A stretch of DNA of 64,000 nucleotides, taken from positions 1 through 64,000 of the forward strand of contig JABCTZ010000011.1 of assembly GCA_018238155.1 (NCBI GenBank), read 5' to 3'. Source of the DNA: Candidatus Heimdallarchaeota archaeon (GTDB lineage Archaea; Asgardarchaeota; Heimdallarchaeia; JABLTI01). Shown here piece after piece: positions 58,183-64,000 of this stretch (positions within the stretch are counted from its first letter, which is position 1; every line of letters starts with the position of its first letter). The notes under the pieces are model-generated. The model had not been told where the DNA came from. It searched no databases and was given only the letters and a program-made list of their open reading frames with translations. Both the position numbers and the translations under genes were made by a program.

Positions 58183-59028
58183 TTACAACCATTCTTCTTT
58201 AATAATTTCCAAAGCAGTAGGGTCAAAACCTGCTACAATATCGATAATTAAATCATAAGCATCTTGACTAACATCCATTTTGACGAGATCAATTGCTTTT
58301 GAACCGATTTGGGGTTCTTTTGCAAGTTCAATCAACATCTTTGCAAATTCAATTATCATGTCGATTTTCAGCTTAGCGGCATATGCTATTCCTTTTGGCT
58401 CCAAAGTAATCAATTTATTCAGAAAAGTTCTAGAATAATTAGAGGTTTTACCGTTTAGAACTTTATTTGAATCCAGATTAACAATTACTGCATCATTATA
58501 TTGTTTTGCTAGTTCAGGTTTTGTTCCAATAATTTGTTTGTTCTTAGTTACTTTCTCTGCCCATTCTACAACAGATGGGTATCTTGTTGGTGCAAAGAGC
58601 TGAAGTGTACGAACAATACGCTTTACAAATTTGCTATTTTTGCTTGTAATAACGATTTGCTTGCTTGATAGAACTGCATGGATAACCTTATCCGCTTCTT
58701 TAACTTGACTTACAAGGAATTTTACATCAGCTATTTCTTCTGTAGACCATTTCTCATCCTCATCACTACCTGTTTCCAGATTACCTACAAAAGGCGAAAC
58801 AGATGCTTGTCTCACAGCATAATTTCTATCAAGAACAATATTCATGATCATTTCTTTACCGTCTTTGCAATGATGAATTGTTGAAACTTGATATAATCCT
58901 CCAATGTGAGGTAAAAGATCTCTGGTAGAGATTTGAAAAACGTCTACATTTTTGCATTGATCACACATAGCACGGACGGAAATAATTGATTTCGTAGTTT
59001 TCCCTTTCTTGCTTTTACTCATTATCAT
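58183..59028 (-). CDS. Cys/His N-terminal domain + DENN-like domain protein
   Basis: CDQC...HHC; VIHAVLSSKQIVITS...TLQLFAP...IIGT...DAVIVNLD. Confidence 0.55.
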   Translation of the reverse strand: MIMSKSKKGKTTKSIISVRAMCDQCKNVDVFQISTRDLLPHIGGLYQVSTIHHCKDGKEMIMNIVLDRNYAVRQASVSPFVGNLETGSDEDEKWSTEEIADVKFLVSQVKEADKVIHAVLSSKQIVITSKNSKFVKRIVRTLQLFAPTRYPSVVEWAEKVTKNKQIIGTKPELAKQYNDAVIVNLDSNKVLNGKTSNYSRTFLNKLITLEPKGIAYAAKLKIDMIIEFAKMLIELAKEPQIGSKAIDLVKMDVSQDAYDLIIDIVAGFDPTALEIIKEEWL

Positions 59029-59235
59029 AGATTCTCCAATGGTTTAGTTGTTTAATAATACTGTATAGTTAAACACAATAATTCTATCTGATAACTTATC
59101 AAATAAAAAAGTAACCAATGTGGAAAATTAACTAAAAAACTGTTTTAGGCGATAAAAATAAATCATGATCTCTAAGTTGAGATTATCAAGATCTTCTAAT
59201 TTTGAGTAAAATCTTTACAGAGGTAAAGATAAAAA

Positions 59236-59661
59236 ATGATGTGGTCGCGTGTTTCCAAAATCTCACATAAGAAACATTTCACAACATTCAATCAGTATGA
59301 TTTGGATGCCAGTAGAATTAACTTCAAAGAAGTCAAAGAGGAAATTGAGTCCAGACAGAATTGTCCAATTAGATTATACTCGTTTATATACAATTCAAAA
59401 GATTTAAGTAGAATTGTTGAATCTCTAAAATATGGTAAGAGTAGTTTAAGGAATCATATTCTCCTGATGGTGAATATAATACTAAACGACTATTACGGAA
59501 ACATACAAAAGTATGAAAAAACTATTATCTCTACATCGGTAAGTAACCGAGATGAAAACTCATTACTGCTATGGATGTCGAGAGGCATTCCTTCAATGAC
59601 CGTAATAATGCTGAATCCAAGAGTGCAACAAACTCAATGCGGAAAGAGGCTTGAAGTATAG
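59236..59661 (+). CDS. Hypothetical protein (uncertain)
   Basis: 141-aa ORF with GAGGT upstream; no recognisable motif. Confidence 0.35.
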   Translation: MMWSRVSKISHKKHFTTFNQYDLDASRINFKEVKEEIESRQNCPIRLYSFIYNSKDLSRIVESLKYGKSSLRNHILLMVNIILNDYYGNIQKYEKTIISTSVSNRDENSLLLWMSRGIPSMTVIMLNPRVQQTQCGKRLEV

Positions 59662-59706
59662 GCAGTGAAGTAGATTGACTGAGAAAGTCAAAATGGTGAC
59701 AGTACT

Positions 59707-60204
59707 ATGATCAATGTTAAAGCGTTCGACAATGTCCTTAGTAAAATCATTAAAGCCGAAGCTGGCATAAGAAAAGTTATCCTAGTCGATAGAACAGGGT
59801 TAACTATTGCACACGTTTCAAAGTTCTCGTACTTCCCCATTGATGTAGATGGAGTAGGCGCGATTGCTAGTGCAGTCTTTGTTGCCAGTGAAGAACAAGG
59901 AGTAAACCTTGATCTAGGTGATTTAGATATTGTCTCATCAGAATTTAGCAAAGGGAAGATTTTTGCTGCAAGTTGTGGAAAGGGGATCCTCTGTGTTATA
60001 ACAGACAATGATGTTAATATTGGGTTAGTCAGACTTGTCTTAAAAAGAGAGGCTTCCGAAATTGAAAAATTATTGAATGAATTCTTATCAGAAAAGATAT
60101 CATTTCCATCTACAGCTGCAGAAGATGCAGCAAATCTAACAAGTGCAGATGAGTCAATGGATGATAATCTAGAAGAAGCTCTAAAGGAGCTCGAAAAATT
60201 CTAA
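59707..60204 (+). CDS. Roadblock/LC7 protein with acidic tail
   Basis: ILVDRTGLTIA, GAIASAVF.ASEEQG, NIGLVRL; GGTGA RBS. Confidence 0.9.
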   Translation: MINVKAFDNVLSKIIKAEAGIRKVILVDRTGLTIAHVSKFSYFPIDVDGVGAIASAVFVASEEQGVNLDLGDLDIVSSEFSKGKIFAASCGKGILCVITDNDVNIGLVRLVLKREASEIEKLLNEFLSEKISFPSTAAEDAANLTSADESMDDNLEEALKELEKF

Positions 60205-60289
60205 AAAAAGTAAAATAATGATTCAATGAAAATATAATGATAGAAGCTTCTGAAAAATGAGCTTCTAGTTTTTATCTTTCTAAAAGGAA

Positions 60290-60598
60290 TTATTTCTTTT
60301 TCTTGTCTTTCAAAACGATTAGAATATAATCATTCTCAGGTGCTACTAGTATTTCTCCTTTAGTTGTGTCGATGGTAAAGAAATTCAAATCCCCTTCTTC
60401 TAATTGATCTACTGCTTGCTTCGCTTTTCCTACGAGAGATGAAACTAATGCAGCAATAGATTCTGTTTTATCCGTTTCTATATCACTAGATATAGGTAGA
60501 CCCTCTTTTGTTGTAATAATAACTCCCCTAACTCCATCGAATCCTGCGAGTTTTTTAAGAGTGGATTGAAATTGTTTTTGAGATATCATAATAGTCAC
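60290..60598 (-). CDS. Roadblock/LC7 protein
   Basis: [17 protein letters not shown]...IAALVSSL. Confidence 0.92.
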   Translation of the reverse strand: MTIMISQKQFQSTLKKLAGFDGVRGVIITTKEGLPISSDIETDKTESIAALVSSLVGKAKQAVDQLEEGDLNFFTIDTTKGEILVAPENDYILIVLKDKKKK

Positions 60599-60689
60599 CA
60601 GATATAGATTACTTAGGTATAAGAGCTGTTTTAAGGATTTCTAAATTAGCAAAAATAGCTCTTTTTTCTTAAATATAGTCGCTTTTTTT

Positions 60690-60914
60690 CTATTCTTTTG
60701 ACCAATATTTGCCTTTTTGTCTTCGTTTTAGTTCGGCCTTTTTGCTATTATTCCAGTTTTCAATAACTGAAAAATAACCAACTACTCTGCTTATACCATA
60801 AACATTCACACTTGAACAGAGTGGACATTGTGGGGTCATTATATCTGCAGTATTCTCTTTTTTCTCAATTGAACTAAGGCTATTTTTCTTTTTGGAAGTG
60901 GGGTTAGCAGTCAT
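60690..60914 (-). CDS. Stand-alone NrdD C-terminal (Zn-knuckle + glycyl radical loop) protein
   Basis: CPLCSS.NV.GISRVVGYF...NWN.SKKAELKRR. Confidence 0.85.
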   Translation of the reverse strand: MTANPTSKKKNSLSSIEKKENTADIMTPQCPLCSSVNVYGISRVVGYFSVIENWNNSKKAELKRRQKGKYWSKE

Positions 60915-61035
60915 TTTTCTAATCACAAGCTCTCTTCTGTACCTTAGTATATTGTAAAAAGTATAAAAACAGCTCAATACTTACCAATAGCGAAACTATT
61001 ATTTTGGTTAATAGTTAATATTTAGAGTATAGAAA

Positions 61036-61794
61036 TTGGATGGAAAGCTCTTGAAAGTCTATTCTTTAGTTGGTAGAAAACTCGTCGAATGTTCTCCAGA
61101 TGAATTACTGGAATCACAAGTTGGTATGATCCTTGATGAAGAAGAAGAAATGATTCGTTTAGTTATCACACGTGATGCACGCAAAAAACAGCGAGAATAC
61201 CTCTTGCAACAAACTGCTGATTTTAATAAGAAGGAGTTTGCAGGTACTTTTCTTGTGTCATATTTAGAAAATCCTGAAATAATTAGTGCCTTTCTTGATG
61301 AAATAAAGAAAATTGAATCAGGAGAGATTTCTGAAAAACCAGCTGAAAAACAAAAAAGCAAACAAAAAAAGAAAAAGAAGAAGAAGAAAAAACCTGAAAC
61401 TGAAGAGGTTGAAAAAGAAACAACCATTTTGGAGCGATGGAACCCTGATCTTGTAAAAAAAGCAGTTATTTTTTTGGATGGAAAAGATTTTGTACATCTT
61501 CTTGAAATTCAAGAAATCTTAGAAGTAACAGAAGGTGAAGCGTATTGGTTAACTCAAGATTTAATTCATGTTGGCATTGTTCCTGGACGTTGGACCGGTT
61601 ATGCAGAAGGTCAATGGGTTTATCAAGTATTATCTGAACATCTCAAAAGCAAACAAAAATCCAAGAAAACTTCTACAAAAAAGCCGGCTACTAAAAAACC
61701 AACCAAAAAGAAACCTGCTGCTAAAAAGTCTACTACAACTAAATCCTCTTCTAAGAAGTCTACAAAACCTAAATCTAAGAACGATACTTCATAA
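61036..61794 (+). CDS. Gelsolin-like N-domain + wHTH + Lys-rich tail protein
   Basis: See findings; KKPATKKPTKKKPAAKKS tail. Confidence 0.6.
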   Translation: MDGKLLKVYSLVGRKLVECSPDELLESQVGMILDEEEEMIRLVITRDARKKQREYLLQQTADFNKKEFAGTFLVSYLENPEIISAFLDEIKKIESGEISEKPAEKQKSKQKKKKKKKKKPETEEVEKETTILERWNPDLVKKAVIFLDGKDFVHLLEIQEILEVTEGEAYWLTQDLIHVGIVPGRWTGYAEGQWVYQVLSEHLKSKQKSKKTSTKKPATKKPTKKKPAAKKSTTTKSSSKKSTKPKSKNDTS

Positions 61795-61815
61795 TGTGAT
61801 TCAAAAAATATCTTT

Positions 61816-62715
61816 TCATTGAAAAATGCCCATAAAAACAAAGGAGATTGCATATGTGAGGTAGAAGGTAAATAATACTACCAAACTTGACCTACTCATT
61901 GTTAGCTCTTTTGATTGACAAACAGCAGTAGTCATCAATGAAAGAGCCCAAATTTGCCCTAAAACAATTAATATTTGTCCTTCAAGGAAGAGAAAAGTAA
62001 CGGTAACTTTTGTTTGAAGCCAAATAAAGAATAATGCAACCATACTTGGAATCAAAGTAAAAGGGACAACAGCTAATAATTTTACCGGATTAAATTTACG
62101 TTTGTAGAACAAAGCATAAAGTAATTCAGAAAACAAAGCAAGAAAAGTCCACAAACCGATTATGCTTAAAGTAGAAAAATACCATCCCTCAACTTCAAGA
62201 GGATAAAATCCAATCAAAGCTAATTGACTATCAATTGCAAAGAAAAGCATTGCACCAATAATAATTGCTCCTTCAAAAAGCGTTCTGAGTGGTTCTGAAG
62301 CTAAATACTGAAATATCTTTCTTGGAAGGAAGAAAAAAATAATTAACTCAAGAGATTTTTTACCAAATGAATCTTCCTTTTTTGTAACGCGTTTTACATT
62401 TGATGCTTCAATTTGATCTCTATTTAAAATTATTAAATTATGAGCTACTTTACCAAGATCCGATAAAAGGTATTTCTTATTTTCATCTTGTTTAAGAAGT
62501 TCCTTTAAGGAATTTAGTTGATGATAGAGTGAACCTACTTTGAGGGATTTGAATTCCTTTCTCAGATCATTAAAACCCACGATTTGATGTTTGTTTACAA
62601 AAGAAAGAATGTTTCTTCTAATTTGATTACCTAAAGCAGTATAGATAATTTCTTCTTCAAGGTGAGATATTTCAACTTGCAGTAGATTGTTATCTAACTC
62701 GTTTTTTTTGCCCAT
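61816..62715 (-). CDS. ArsR-type wHTH fused to multi-TM domain
   Basis: ALGNQIRRNIL...GSLYHQL...YLLSDLG then 5 TM. Confidence 0.85.
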   Translation of the reverse strand: MGKKNELDNNLLQVEISHLEEEIIYTALGNQIRRNILSFVNKHQIVGFNDLRKEFKSLKVGSLYHQLNSLKELLKQDENKKYLLSDLGKVAHNLIILNRDQIEASNVKRVTKKEDSFGKKSLELIIFFFLPRKIFQYLASEPLRTLFEGAIIIGAMLFFAIDSQLALIGFYPLEVEGWYFSTLSIIGLWTFLALFSELLYALFYKRKFNPVKLLAVVPFTLIPSMVALFFIWLQTKVTVTFLFLEGQILIVLGQIWALSLMTTAVCQSKELTMSRSSLVVLFTFYLTYAISFVFMGIFQ

Positions 62716-62742
62716 TGATAATCACGTTAGAAGATAAATTGT

Positions 62743-63756
62743 CTATTGATTTTCCCGATCTTGTTGTTGATATTCTTGGGGAGGAGGCGGTGTTGGTAAT
62801 TGTTGTTGTTCATCTACAAAAGAGCTACTCGCATAGTAATCTTCGGATTGAGTAGTGTCTTGTACGTAAATTTCTTGTTGAGGTGCTGCTTCTTGTGAAT
62901 GTTCGTGAGTTTCATATATATCAAGAATTTGATTGGTCTCAACTCTTTCTGCTTCTGCAGGAAATTGAAAGAGTCTTTTTCGTTCTATTAATCCTCCACC
63001 TAAAATTGCAGATAAGAGGGCAATTGCGATATATTGTTCAGCCATAAGTAATACAATAGGAATTGTAGTAGCTAAATTAGAGGTATCTCCAAGTAAAATA
63101 CCGGCAACGGCAATATCATACACAAAATAACCAATTACAGGTAGAATACCAATAGTATTCGCAATCAATGCGTATTTTCTTGTTCCTGCAGTTATTGCTC
63201 CAACAAAAAAACCCGGAATACAAGCTAGAAAAATAAGATAAGGGAGATTACTCAATACACCTGAACCCAAATTGGGAAAGATATTCGGGATTTGTATTAT
63301 AATAAATAATGTGCCAATAGTAAGTGCCATTGTAACAATAGTACCAAATATTGTTGATGCTGCACCACGAGCTAAAATTTTCGGAAAAAGTATTTGATCA
63401 ATATCGGTTTCAAACCCTTCGAAGATATTTAGGTCTATATACATGTCATCAGTTAGATACTTGGAAAATTTTTCTTGAAAAGCAACAGAAATTTTATTTA
63501 TTAAATTTTCAACTAAGCTTGGATCATCTCTTTTATCTGCTAAAGCTGCAACAAGAAACTTTCCAGCGGAGCCATAAACAAATTGATTATCTTCTCCTCC
63601 TATTTGTTGTATGCCGCCAATACCACTCTCAGCAGAGAAAGCATTAAATGCTGTTAAAAGACCGGAAATTAATTGATCTTCAATATCCATTTTGATATAT
63701 TTATGACTAAAGATACATTGACCAGTTTCTGTAATTATCCATATAGCTTGGATCAA
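62743..63756 (-). CDS. Longin-like domain + 4 TM + Gln/Pro-rich tail
   Basis: IWIITETGQCIF...DQLISGLLTAFNAFS.E...F.EKF...F..F. Confidence 0.8.
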   Translation of the reverse strand: MIQAIWIITETGQCIFSHKYIKMDIEDQLISGLLTAFNAFSAESGIGGIQQIGGEDNQFVYGSAGKFLVAALADKRDDPSLVENLINKISVAFQEKFSKYLTDDMYIDLNIFEGFETDIDQILFPKILARGAASTIFGTIVTMALTIGTLFIIIQIPNIFPNLGSGVLSNLPYLIFLACIPGFFVGAITAGTRKYALIANTIGILPVIGYFVYDIAVAGILLGDTSNLATTIPIVLLMAEQYIAIALLSAILGGGLIERKRLFQFPAEAERVETNQILDIYETHEHSQEAAPQQEIYVQDTTQSEDYYASSSFVDEQQQLPTPPPPQEYQQQDRENQ

Positions 63757-64000
63757 AATGATGCCTCCATAGCAAACAAGTTAGCTAACTTTATGATTAA
63801 AGATTGCGTAATAAGTAAAACGCGTAAACTACAATAAAAATAATTCTAAATCGGCATTCAGAAGAGATTAGATTGGAAAAATCTTACCCTAAACATAAGA
63901 ATTTTATGAGGAAAAAAGATATTTAGGTTAACTGAAATGGATTACTAGTAAATTGTTAAAAAACAAATAGCATCGAAATAGTAATACCTAAAAAACAAAA

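Overview
AT-rich archaeal chromosome segment, most likely Asgard (Heimdallarchaeia-like). The inference rests on three roadblock/LC7 proteins, Rab-like and MglA-like small GTPases, a longin-membrane protein and DENN-like and gelsolin-like domains alongside a standard archaeal core. Core genes: TFB, CofE, AK6, oapAB, tgtA, Lsm, rpl3-4-23-2, rps10, enolase, rps27e, GINS, PCNA, Csl4, RpoL, TFS, AlaX. There are six tRNAs, three with introns. A probable replication origin (5.7-6.6 kb) has three ORB elements and about 11 DnaA-box-like TTCACA repeats; it sits next to a small winged-helix gene, and no cdc6 is present in the window. Two accessory regions stand out. (i) A decayed integrative element downstream of tRNA-Leu(UAA), about 15.4-24.1 kb, carries an extremely A-depleted Replic_Relax-like gene, a divergent histone, ArdC, a HEPN protein, an integrase remnant with a 14-bp inverted repeat, and fused or interrupted pseudogenes. 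(ii) An island between two convergent tRNA-Arg genes (33.4-41.2 kb) carries a NYN RNase and an uncharacterised small-protein + HD-hydrolase + 915-aa HExxH gene set, a candidate new defence system. Features below the ORF-track cutoff include two tandem paralogous 28-29 aa micropeptides with their own promoter, RBSs and terminator (50.7-50.9 kb) and a structured rpl3 leader. All family calls come from motif recognition by eye, not database searches.
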